Of a DNA stretch of 64,000 nt, positions 38,120 through 51,100 are shown in pieces. How positions within the stretch are numbered: position 1 is the stretch's first letter; every line of letters starts with the position of its first letter. The DNA comes from Paragordius varius (Eukaryota; Animalia; Nematomorpha), in the NCBI GenBank assembly GCA_964247055.1, contig OZ176057.1, positions 5,952,001-6,016,000 on the forward strand. The letters are read 5' to 3'. The notes beneath the pieces were generated by a model. The model made no database searches. It was not told the DNA's origin and saw only the letters and a list, made by a program, of their open reading frames with translations. A program made the translations under genes and the position numbers.

Positions 38120-40101
38120 ACAAAAAATAAAATAAAATTTTTTTATAAAAATATTTTTATCAGATGAAACCAAAACAATGGTGTAACATATCGGATTGTG
38201 CAAAAGATTTATTACTGAAATTGTTGGAACCCGATCCAAAATTCCGAATAACCGCAAGAAAAGCTTTACAGCACCCTTGGATAGCTGTATTTTCAAAAAA
38301 AATTGAATTTTTATTGAATTTTAAAAAATTTTGAAATTTAAAAATTTTTAGTTTTTATTTCAAATTTTTAGTTTTTATTTATAAAATATTTAAACATAAG
38401 AATTTCGTTAAAATATTAAAATATTATATATATTAAAAATTTCGGAATATAAATTTAAAAAGTCTAGTAAAAAAAGCTTTACTTTACCCCTTGATAGTTG
38501 CATATTTGGAATTATAAAATTTTGAAAAAAATTTTTTTTAAACTTTTTAATTTTTATTAAACTTATTTAGATATTATTTAAACATATCAGAATTTCGAAA
38601 TATAAATATTTAAATATATATATATATATATAAAATAATTTAAATAGTTTAAAATAGTTTGAAAAAATGTGCTTTACTTCACCCCCTGGATAGCTGTGTT
38701 TTCAATTTAAGAATTTTTAAGTTTTTTTTGAAATTTTTTTTTTAATTTTTATTAATAAACTTATTTAGATATTATTTAAACGCAAGAATTTCGGATATAA
38801 ATTATATATACAAATTTGAAAAAGTTTATAAAAGTTTGAAAAAAAGCCTTACTTCACCCCTGGATAGCTGTATGTTTTCAAAAAAAATTAAAATTTTGAA
38901 AAATTTTTGAAAAAAAAATTTTTTTAGTTTTTATTAATAAACTTATTTAGAAATTAATTAAATATAAGAAGTTCGTAAAAATATTAAAAAATATATATAT
39001 ATATATATAAATTTAAAAGTCTAGTAAAAAAAGCTTTAATATACCACTGGATAGATGTATTTTTGAAAAAATTTAAAATTTATAAGAATTTTGAAAAAAA
39101 TTAATTTTTATTAATAAACTTATTTAATTAATTATCATATATATATAAAGATTTAAAAAGTTTAAAATAGTTTTAAAAATGTGTTTTACTTCATCCCTGG
39201 ATAGCTGTATTTTCAAAAAAAAATTAAATTTTGAAAAATTTTGAAAAAAATTGATATTTTTTTTAAATTAAACTTAATTAAAAATTAATTAAATACGATA
39301 ATTCGGAATATAAATTTGAAAAAGTTTATAAAAATTTAAATAGCATAAAATAGTTTGAAAAAATGGTTTAATATACCCCTGGATAGGTGTATTTTCAAAA
39401 AAATTTAAAATTGTGAAAAAAAAATTTTTTCGACTTTTTAATTTTTATTAATAAACTTTTGTAGAAATTAATTAAATATAAGAATTTCGGAATATAAATA
39501 TTAAAATATCATTAGATATAAAAATTTAAAAAATTTAAAAAGTCCAGCAAAAAAAGTTTTAATATACCTCTGGATAGTTGTATTTTCAAAAAAAATTTAA
39601 AATTTTTTTTTAATTTCTAAGAATTTTAATTAATAAACTTATTTAGATATTATTTAAACATAAGAAATTCGGAATATAAATATTAAACATTAGATATAAA
39701 ATTTAAAACGTTTAAAATAGTTTGAAAAAAGCATTACTCACCCGCTGGATAGCTGTATATTTGGAATATTTTTAAGAATTTTGATTTTTTTTAACTTTTA
39801 TTAATAAACTTATTTAGAGATTAAACATACGAATTTCGGAATATAAATATTAAAATATCATTAGATATAAAAATTTAGAAAATTTAAAATATTTTAAAAA
39901 TACTTCACCTGCTGGATAGCTGTATATTTAAAAAAAAATTAAATTTTTAAAAAAATTTTTAATTTTTAGTTTTTATTGATAAACTTAATTAGAAATTAAT
40001 TAAATACGAAAATTTCGGAATATAAATATTTAAATATCATCAGAAAATAGTTTACTCAATTAATAAAGTTAAGATTTAAATTTAAGGAATATATATATAA
40101 A

Positions 40102-40148
<47 letters not shown>

Positions 40149-40184
40149 CAAGTTAAAAAAAATTGATTATAAATTATGAATAAA

Positions 40185-40215
<31 letters not shown>

Positions 40216-40311
40216 ATGATTTTATAGGAACGCGATATATATGCTCAAAAAGTGCATTTACACGAAACCGTTGAGGAGATGAATAAATTTAATTTACGCC
40301 GAAAACTTAAA
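26283..40311 (+). CDS. CASK: CASK CaMK-like (pseudo)kinase domain and autoinhibitory segment, exons 1-9
   Basis: [89 protein letters not shown]...HPW. Confidence 0.9.
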
Positions 40312-42069
40312 GTACATTTTTTTTCTAAAAAAAAACATAATTTGTTTTAAATTAAATTTTATTTTTTTTTTCTTATTATAGATTTTTTTGATTATAATTT
40401 AAAATGCTTTTAAAATATATCATGAGAATTAAAATTATACAAAGATGACATAGTTGACAAATATTTTTTGTTTCAAAAGACAACTCATAGTTTTCAAATC
40501 TTTATTTTTTAACTATAACTTATTGTTTTAAACACTAAAGTATCAAATAAAGATGGATATCAGTAACAAAATCAATTACATTTTTTAGATTTTATAATTT
40601 ATTTTTAATGAAATAATTTAAGGTTTTAAAAAATATGTAGGGGGGGATTATCTTATAGAAAAAATGTTTCTTTATATTTTTAAGTTTTGTCCGTATAATT
40701 TCATTTTTTTACTGTAATTTAAATTGTTTTGTTAATTATATACAATAGTTTTTAAAATATACAATGAGAAATTTTACGACCAAAACGTTAAAAGTTATAA
40801 AGACAAATTTGTTTTTTAAGACATGCCCCCTATTTTTTTACACCTTTTTTTGCCATAATTATTTAAATATAAAATGTAAACTACATAAATTATTGTTTTA
40901 TTAATTTACATTTCTATTATATATATTACAGTTTGAAACTATGAGAGTTATATTAAAAAAAATTCAGTTTTATAAGTATGGAGTCCTTTGTCTTTTGAAC
41001 AAAAAAATATTTTAAATTTTATTTTTACGTTTTAAACTGTTTTTTATTGGTATTTTATTCAAATTTAAAAAATTTAAAGTATTTACAATATAAAATTTTT
41101 ATTTTTATTCTATTATTTATTTTAAAGGTAATTTATATTGAATTTTTTTATTTTTTTAGCAAAATAATGCACAAACCAATCTATTCAACTCATCTTCACT
41201 CAATATGAATAATAATTATAATTTCCCCACCCTTCCTGGTTTAATGGGTGACAAGAATCTTAATAATCTACCATCTATTTTATGCAATGGACAACAATTT
41301 TATAATGCTCGATTAGCATTATTCTATGGCGATGACCCTAATGATTGCAGCTCCAACAGTCTCATAAAGACACGAATAGATGAAGAAAGCTATTATTCAA
41401 GTATTTTAAGAAAACTTAAATTTTGATTTTTTTAAAAATAAGGGGGGAGTGTTTTCGTAAAATTAAGATGAATTTATTATTAAAATTTGAAATTATTATC
41501 AAAAAATTGAAATTGTTAAAAAAAATTTTATATATATATATATATAAATACTTTGATAAATAAGATTTTAATTTTTTCAAAAATAATGGAGGAGTTTTCG
41601 TAAGATTAAGATTAATGTGTTGCAAAAATTGAATGTATCATTAAAATTATTTGAAATTGTTAATAAAAAAATTATATATATAAATATATATATTAATACT
41701 TGATAAATAAGATTTTTTTCCATCTAAATCCTATATATGATTGAGATTGTTCTGAGTATATTATCAATTTTCATTTCTATTCCGTTTTTTTTCGGAAAAA
41801 TTCAATAATAAAGTAATAAATAAGAAAATTTTTATTTTTAAAAGTTGTTTATTATCTTTTAATTTTTTATTTTTAGACATTAATATATAAAAATCTTTAA
41901 TTTTTTCATATTTTTCTTAAAAGAATATATTTCAGTAAAAATTGAAATTATACGGACAAAACCTAAAAATATAAAGACAAATGTTTTTTTATCTAAAAGA
42001 CAACCCCATACTATTTTAAAATTCATTTTTATAAAGATAATCATTGTTTTAAACTGCAAAGTATTAAAT

Positions 42070-42106
<37 letters not shown>

Positions 42107-45100
42107 TAAAACAATCAATTATATATTTTATAAAAAGTAATGATATAATTTATATGAGAAAAATTAAGCTTTTTAAAAAGTATGGGGTTGTCTTTTAGAT
42201 AAAAATATTTGTTTTTATATATTTAATCAAAAAAAATTATTATTTGTGTTTTCTTTTTAGATGCCAGTGTACGAGGAAGTTTGGGTAAAATTGAACCCTT
42301 AAAATTAACAATTTTACGGACGACGACAGAAATTAATAATATTACAACCAATGATAAAATTGATGATAATATATATAATAATGCCATTTTAAGTACCACA
42401 GAACAAAGCCCATTCATATTAGGAATTAAGCCTGAAACTACTATGTCAAAAAATTTAAACAAGTTTGTTCTCGTTTTTTTATGTTTTTTAGGTAAAATTT
42501 TAGTTTAAGTTTAAAGTTTATTTGATGATATACCATTTACAGTTCAAATTCACCCTTGAACAATTTAAATTCACCCTTGAACAATTCAAATTTACCCTAC
42601 AAAATAAATTATGTGTTTTCGGACAGCTAATATAACTTGTTATTAATATAAAATATTTTGTGGCATAGTTTATTATTTTGATAATATTTTAATTTGAAAC
42701 AAAATTTTATTTTTCAAAAAAATATAAACATAGGTAATTTTTAAGCTTAAAAAACATATTATTAATTGTAGGTGAATATTTGAATTGTTCAAAGGTAAAA
42801 AATTATTTGAGGGGGAATAAATTATAAATGGTATATAGTAAATACTAGTATATTTTACAGTGGAAATTGAAAATATAGGATGAATTTATATATGATTTTT
42901 TATAAAAAAAGGTAAAATGCATCTTTAATTCTGATTTTTTTTAAAAAATTTAACTTAATTTTTTATTTATACTTATTTTGTTCTGTTTTTTAACTTATTA
43001 TATTTTTAAAGTTTAATACAGTTAAATAATGAAAATGTACAGAAATGTAAAAATTTACACAAAGACAAAAACTTATTTAAAGACAACCCCATACTTTTTA
43101 AACCCAATTTTTTTTTCAATAAACAATGTATATTATTTAGAATTGAATTTATTAATAATATACGCCTCTATTTCCTTTTTTCTAAGATTAGTTTAAAATT
43201 ATGGTTAACTTTTTTTTTAAAATATAGTATATAATGTTGTCTTTAAATATAATATTTGTCTATATATTTTCAGTAAAAACTGAAAATATACGGACAAAAT
43301 GTAAAAATATAAAAAACTGTTTTTTTTTCAAAAGACAACTATATTTTTTAAACCCTTACTTATTTCAATATAACTCATTGTTTTAAATGGCAAAGTTTAA
43401 AATAGAATATATTACCAACACAATCAATTTTATATTTTACAATTGTAACGAAAAAGTTTTATTAGAAAAATGAAGGATTTAAAAATTATGGGGGGTGTCT
43501 TTTAGATAAAAATATTTTGTCTTTTTGTCCGTAGTATAATTTCAATTTTAACCTGTATTTTTGTTACATTTTACCCGTAAAAATCTTTTTTGGGCCGTTT
43601 TTTATATGTAGTTATTCAACAATTTCAATTTTAAAATTGTAATTGAATAGCTTATATGAGAAAAATTAAGGTTTTAAAAAATATGGAGCTGTCTTTTAGA
43701 TAAAAATATTTGTCTTTTACCTTTTGTCCATAGTATTATTTCAATTTTTACCTCTGTCTTGTTGTTACATTTTACCCGTATTTTTTTTAAATCTATTTTT
43801 TTAATATGTAGTTATTCAACAATTTCAATTTAATATTTTACAATTATTGTAATTAAATAGCTTATATATGAAAAAAATTAAGGTTTTAAAAAGTATGGGG
43901 GGTCTCTTTTAGATAAAAATATTTGTCTTTTGTCCATAGAATTTCAATTTTTACCTGTTTTGTTACATTTTGCCCTTAAATCTATTTTTTTGGGTTTTTT
44001 TTATAGCTCTTCAATATATTCAACAATTCCATTAAAAACAAATTCAAAATCAATCGAAAATATAAACCAAGAAGGAAATAATTCCAATGATGATACAATC
44101 CTAATATATACGCAAAATTTACAAAACCTACATCAAAATCATTTACCCGCCAGGAATAATTCCTTTATTCCCCCTCAAAGCCCATTTAAATGCGCCCTCT
44201 CTCAAAATAGTTTTGAAACTTTAAATGACATAAGTAATAATGTATCGAATAGCATTTTAAAACCTGAGGCGAAAATTGAAAAATTGATTATACCAAATAC
44301 CCTTGATAATGGTTTTAATACAACCATATCAACTTATTATTCACCCCTGTATTCTGAGGTAAATTTTTTATTTTTTCATAAATTTTTGGTTTTATGAAAT
44401 ATTTTATAAAAAATGAATTTTATTAAAAAAAAATTATCAATAATTTCCTTTTCATAATTCATAAATACATTAATTTTTTTTACAATGATTTTTTGACGAA
44501 AATGTTTTATAACTTAAGCTAAAATCACCCCTGTATTCTGAGGTAAATTTTTCATAAATTTTTGATTTTATAAATTATGAAAAATTTTATAAAAAATGGA
44601 TTTTATTCATAAAAAAAATTTGCATTACAATAATTTCCTTTTCATAATTATTCATAAATAAGATTTTTTTACATTGATTTTTTGAGGCAAATATTTTATT
44701 ACTTACTTAAGCTAAAATCACCCCTGTATTCTGAGGTGAAAATTTTATTTATTCAATTTTTTTTAATTTATGAAAAATTTAAAAAAAAATGGATTTTATT
44801 CATTTAAAAAAATCGCATTACAATATTCCTTTTTCATAATTCATAAATAAGATTTTTTTAACATTGATTTTTTAACGAAAATGTTTTATAAGCTAAAATC
44901 ACCCCTGTATTCTGAGGTGAAAATTTTATTTTTTTATGAAAAATTTTATAAAAAATGGATTTTAAAAAAAAAATGGTATTACAATAATCTCCTTTTTCAT
45001 AATTATTCATAAATACATTAATTTTTTTACAAAAATTTTTTATTATTTGAACTAAAACACTAAAATTTAGACTTTAGATATTTGCCTAAATCAATAAAAT

Positions 45101-48100
45101 CAATGACCGATATCAAAACTTAACACTTAGATTTTATAAAGCTAGGTCTCAAATTATGGACAAAACAATTACAAGAAACGTTTCTTTTGTTGGAATTGAA
45201 CATATACTGTCATATATATCCTTTATTTTATCAAAAATTTATTTTTTTACTTTTTCGTTAAATGGCGGTAAAAATATTTGGTAAAGAATAAAAAAAACAA
45301 TAGATAGCTCTATGGTTTTAACAATATCATATTCTTGAAAAAAAGTTTAAAATAGAGCTCTTGTTTTTTCCATTCTTTACCAAATATTTTTATACATACC
45401 CATTTAACGTAAAAAATAAATAAATTTTTGATAAAACAAAGGATACATAAATTGTATTTAGCGTTTGTTTATATATATCAATTCAAATTCACCCTTGAAC
45501 AATTGGAATTCACCCTCGAACAATTCAAATTCAACTTTGAACAATTCAAATTCACCCTAAAAATAAATTATGTGTTTTCGAACTAATATAACTCATTATT
45601 AATATGAAATATATGTTTATATTATAGTTTATATTTTTTTCAGTATTATTTTAATTTAAAACAAATTTTTATATATTTGTCAAAAATATATAAAAATATT
45701 GGTAATTTTTCATCTTAAAAAACATATATTTTATTTGAGGGTGAATTTGAATTGTTCAAGGGTGAATTTGAATTGTAAATGGTATATATATAATATATGG
45801 AAAAATCGATTTTTTTAGAACCATATCATAATTCTTGAAATATCAGGGTATACTCAATAACGCGTGTCTGATGTCTTTTTTTTGCAGTTAGAGCGTATTT
45901 AACATCAATTTTTAGTTCCTCAAGATAGATTTTGTGTAATTATTTTGTGAAAGGTTAACGAAAGACTAATTTATTATAATATTGCATCTTTTTTTGAACA
46001 TATAATTATCTTTTCTTTCCTAAAACCAGCTTAGATTTTTTTTTGGTTGATTTTGAATTTTATAAGATTACCAATAGGATTGTTTTTAAAGATCATCGAA
46101 AATATTATTGAAAGTATTTTTAATAGAGGTTTGTTTTGAAAGATGATTCCATTTCCCATTCGTTTTCCATTCATAATAAGAATCAGTCGTATGTATGTAT
46201 ATTTTTGCATTCATTTTGAAACTTTATTATTAGATTGTTGTTTTATTATGCGGGCCCATTTTCTATTGCATAAAATGAAATAATTCTCTTTAAGAATATA
46301 TATAAATTTTTTAATCAAAATAATTAATTTCTTAAATTTTGAGGTATTAAAAAAATGGTTTTTTAATATTTTTCGGAAATAATCACTTTATAGTCTGTCT
46401 TTTTAAATGATTATTAATTTGCCAAAAAAATTTATTTCATTTATATCTATATGGAAATGTTTGCTAAAATGTGTTTTAGAGGTAAAAAGAATTTCTAACC
46501 CTTTGATTTACTTTTCAACTTTTTAATAATGATAAATAGTTTTTTTAAAAAAAATTGTAAATTAAATAAAAATTTTTTATAAAAACCAATACTTATTGAT
46601 ATATTATATAAAATGTAGATATCTTGATCTTTAAAATTTTGTAATTTAATTATTTTTGCTATTTTCATCACAAAAGTTAATTATTATTAATTGCATTAAA
46701 TTGTGCTATATCTTAATTAATCCGCAGTTATATTTTATTTTTTAGATTTTTTTATTCTGAAAATTTTAAAGATATTATTTTTATCTGATTATTTATATGA
46801 ATTTAGGTATTTCATATTTAAAATAGATATTTTGTTAAAATATATATATATATATATATTCATATATATATTATGTTTAATTGTGGAAATTAATTGATAA
46901 TTTTATTTATAATTTTTTATATTTTTAAAATAATTTATTTTCTCAATTTTATATAAAATTTTATTGAATAATTGGAATGATGGAATTTAAAATAACTTGT
47001 ATAAAAAATTTTTTAAAAATATTTTTAAAACTAAAATTGATATTTTTATTAATACTTTGTTATGCAAAACTTTTTATGGGATATATTTTTGGCAAAGTAT
47101 TTCATGTTTTTTTAATTTAAATATCAAAAATTTTTCATTTTTTATTTTAATTAATTAAAATTAATATTCTATCTTGTTTTAAATCTGAGTTTTTAAGATT
47201 AAATTTTTTTAATTTATCTTGAATTTTAATTTTTTTTATAAATAATGCAATTCGTTAAAAAGTATTGTTCTGAACCGGCACATATATATATCTTAAATGT
47301 GGTTTTTAAATATTTTTTATTGGAAATTGGAAAATTGCCTAATATAGTTAATGTAATACATATTTTCAGGTTAATTATTTTTAAACGCTTTTATATGTTA
47401 ACATTTAATCAAATCATAATCTAAGGAATAATTTGGATTAATACATGCAGTAAAGTTGATTTTATACGGACATAAGGTAATAATATATAAACAAACATTG
47501 TTTTTTAAAAGGAAACCTACCCATGCATTTTATATCTTAACATTTTTTTGAATATTAATTAATTATTGTTTAAAATTGCAAAGTATATAAAATAGACATG
47601 TGAATTGGTAACACACAATCAAATCAAAAAAAATTTCTTTATATTTTTACATTCTGTCCGTATAATTTCAATTTTTAGTGTATACTTTTCATATAATATA
47701 TTTAAAGTTATTGTAAAATAATTTCCTCTCCGTCTAAGAGTTCAGCTAAAGAAACCAGATTATATATTTGGCCCCAATAGTAAAAATAATTTTAAAGAAC
47801 ATATATATTTAATAGCTCTTGAAAAAATACTGCAAACATTTTTGAATTGATTTGATAAATTTTAAAATAATGAACAAAAAAACTCGAAAATATTAAATTT
47901 ATTAAATTAAATTTTTGCTTTTGTCATATCATTTGGAAAAAAAACGTATTTGATGATGAGAGATTTTTTTAAGCGTTGAAAATTCACATATTGTAACCAC
48001 TTTTATCTATAAATTAATTATAAGTAATGACTTGTTGTTTAATACAAATTTTCAATTTTATTTATTGGTTTTATCTGAATTAATTTAAATACAATAATTG

Positions 48101-51100
48101 AGTCTCCAATATAGCCATCGGTTGGTAACTTTCCAATTCAAACATCCTAATTAATCCATATGACATGCGTTTTTAATTAAAAAATTGTTTTTTGAGACTA
48201 TTTATTGTACAATATTTTTATAATAAATATTTTATATTATATAAAATTTTTACTATTTTTTTTATCCACAAGATTATATATATAACGACAAAAATCTTTT
48301 ATATTAAAATCTAAGTATGTCTCTTGGGAAATTAATCCTTATATTTTAAGGTAGCCTATGCACAATAGTTTATATAAGTCGTAATTTAGATTATAACTAT
48401 TACTTTTTATTCTAAAAAAAGCTCTGAAAAATTTTTTTGAAATAACTTTTCATTTTTTTTGTAAATTTTCAACTTTGTTTCTCTTATTTTATTTACAAAA
48501 GTTTATTTAGGATTCTTCATATTCCTTATAAAAATCGTAGAGTTTTTCATTATATATATATATATATATATCAAGTCAAAAAATCTTTAGGTTTTTTATT
48601 TACAAAATAAAACAGTTAAAGTCCTTGTATTTTTTTAGTTATCTTGATTGGAAACTTTTTTTTATTATATATATTATCTATTTTGTGAAAAAAGATGTCT
48701 CATTTAAAATATATTACACTATAAACCATTAAGCTTATATATAAAGACACATTAATGCTCTTTTTGGAATGAAAAATCCAATTTTTTTTATTATATTAAC
48801 TTTTATAAATACATTCCTTAATATAAAAAATATTGGAAAAATTTAACATATTATATAAAAAAAATTAATCAAGCATTAATAACTAACTACTCTACTAGTA
48901 ATTATCATTTTAATAAGATTTATATAATTTAAAAAAAAAATTTTTTTATAAAAAACTTTTTTTTTTATAAAAATATTTTTTTTAGCAGCCATACTGGGAA
49001 AATGATTCTGAAATTCCATTTTTAAATCAACCAAAATTCTCAGAAACTCGTATTCTACCAATTATATCTGAGGTATTTAAATTTAAAATAATTTTTAAAA
49101 TTTTGAACATTTTTTTAACTAAAAAATTTATTTAAAAATATGTTACTATTATAAAAATTTGAATAAATTGAAATTTCAATTTAAACGACAAAGTTCAATA
49201 TATTCATCTGTATTTTAAAAAATCCAATATTTTTATTTTTTGTGTTTCCGAAAAAACCTCAGGAATTTTGCCTTAAAATTTTTGAATTATTTAAATTTAA
49301 TATTTATATAGAGCGAAAGAAATGTAAAATTATATATATGTTTTTGGTTTAAATCTCAGCTTTTAGAGTGGTAAATTTTATTTATTTATTTAAATTTTAA
49401 ATCTTATTATTCATTCCAAAATATACAGTAAAAATTGAAATCTTACGGAAGGAAAAAACGTAAAAATATAAAGACAAATATTTTTTTTTAAAAAACAACC
49501 ATATTTTTAAATAATGATTTTTTCAATATAAATCCTTGTTTTAAACTGCAAAATGTAAAATACGGAATATATTACTAACACAATCAATATATTTTATAAT
49601 TGTAATTAAATAGCTTTTATAGGAAAAAATACAGTTTTAAAAAGTATGGTTGGTTGTTTTTAAAAAAAAAATATTTGTCTTTATAATTTTATAACCTTTT
49701 ATCCGTAGTATAATTTCGATTTTTACTGTATAACTCTATTTCACACTTTGTCCCTTAAAAAATGGGTTATAAATTTTAAAATCAAAATTTAAAAATTATA
49801 TGGTAATAAAAATATTTGTCTTTATATTTTTACACGTTTTGTTTGTAGTATAATTTCAATTTTTACTGTATATCACTATTTCCTACTTTTTAAAAGATGA
49901 GTTATATATTTTAAAATCAAAATTTAAAAAGTATATGGTTGTATGTTAAATAAAAATATTTGTCTTTTTATTTTTACACGTTTGTCTGTATAATTTCAAT
50001 TTCCTAGTCTAAATTATTTTAAAAAATCTTCATAACCCTTGTAAAAAATATGAAATATAAATGTTTTTCTCTTATTTTAGTTCATTATTTATGTAATTTT
50101 AAAATCAAAAATTAAAAAAACTACATAGTTTAAAAAATTTAACTAATATTAAATAGGTTCTAAGAAATAATAGGCCATCTCTTTATATTGTTATAACACA
50201 TACTTTTTCCTAGGTTCTATTCTTTGTTAAAATATATCCCGAGTAAAAATGTGTTAATTAAATCCAATATTAAAAAAGTAATTATATATATATATATATG
50301 TTGAAAAAAAATTAATTATCTTTTTTTTGCACACAGATTATTGATTCATTACGGAATTCGCGGGAGATTATTGGTTCTTCAAGGATTTGTCAGGAATTTT
50401 GGTCAATTATCGCGACACCTCATATAAATGTATTAAATAATATATATTGGTGACAAATTGTGGTAAAAATATAAAGACAATATTTTTTTTTCAAAAGAAC
50501 ATCAAATTTAATAAACTACCTTAATTTATCCATATAAAAACCATTTATAGTTACAATTGTAATATGTAATTGATTGTGATAATAATTATCTATCTAATTT
50601 ATATTTTTCGGTTCAAAATAATGTGTTTTTTCCAAAAAATATTAAGATTTATAAAGTATGGGTGGCTGTCTTTTGGAAAAAAATATTGTCTTTGTATATT
50701 TACTACGTTTTGTCACCATTTACTTTTTACTGTAGTTCTATATATTTTTATATTAAAAACCAAATATTATAATTATTATTGATTATATAAGTCATATAAT
50801 TGGTTTATAGAGAGAAAAATTTAATTCGCTTTTTCAAAATGCAGATAATTATAAAAAACGAAAATATATAGGTTTAGAACTTTTTCAAATTTTTAACAAT
50901 TATAAATCAATTAACCAATTATTAGACTTCCTTAATGCTTTTTCTAAGCTATATTTTTATATTTTAATTCCTCCTATATACCATTTACAATTATTCACCC
51001 TAAAATAAATTATGAAATTTCAGTCTAATATAACTCATCATTAAAATTAAATATAATATATTTTTATGGCAAAGTTTATTATTATTTTTTCAGTTTTATA

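Noticed and set aside
38270-40030. Regularly spaced conserved 20-35-nt motifs (also 44341-45010 and 62190-63600) that superficially resemble a CRISPR array
   Set aside because: The spacers are 150-190 bp and homologous to one another, the motif is a CASK exon end, there are no cas genes, and the context is a spliced animal gene.
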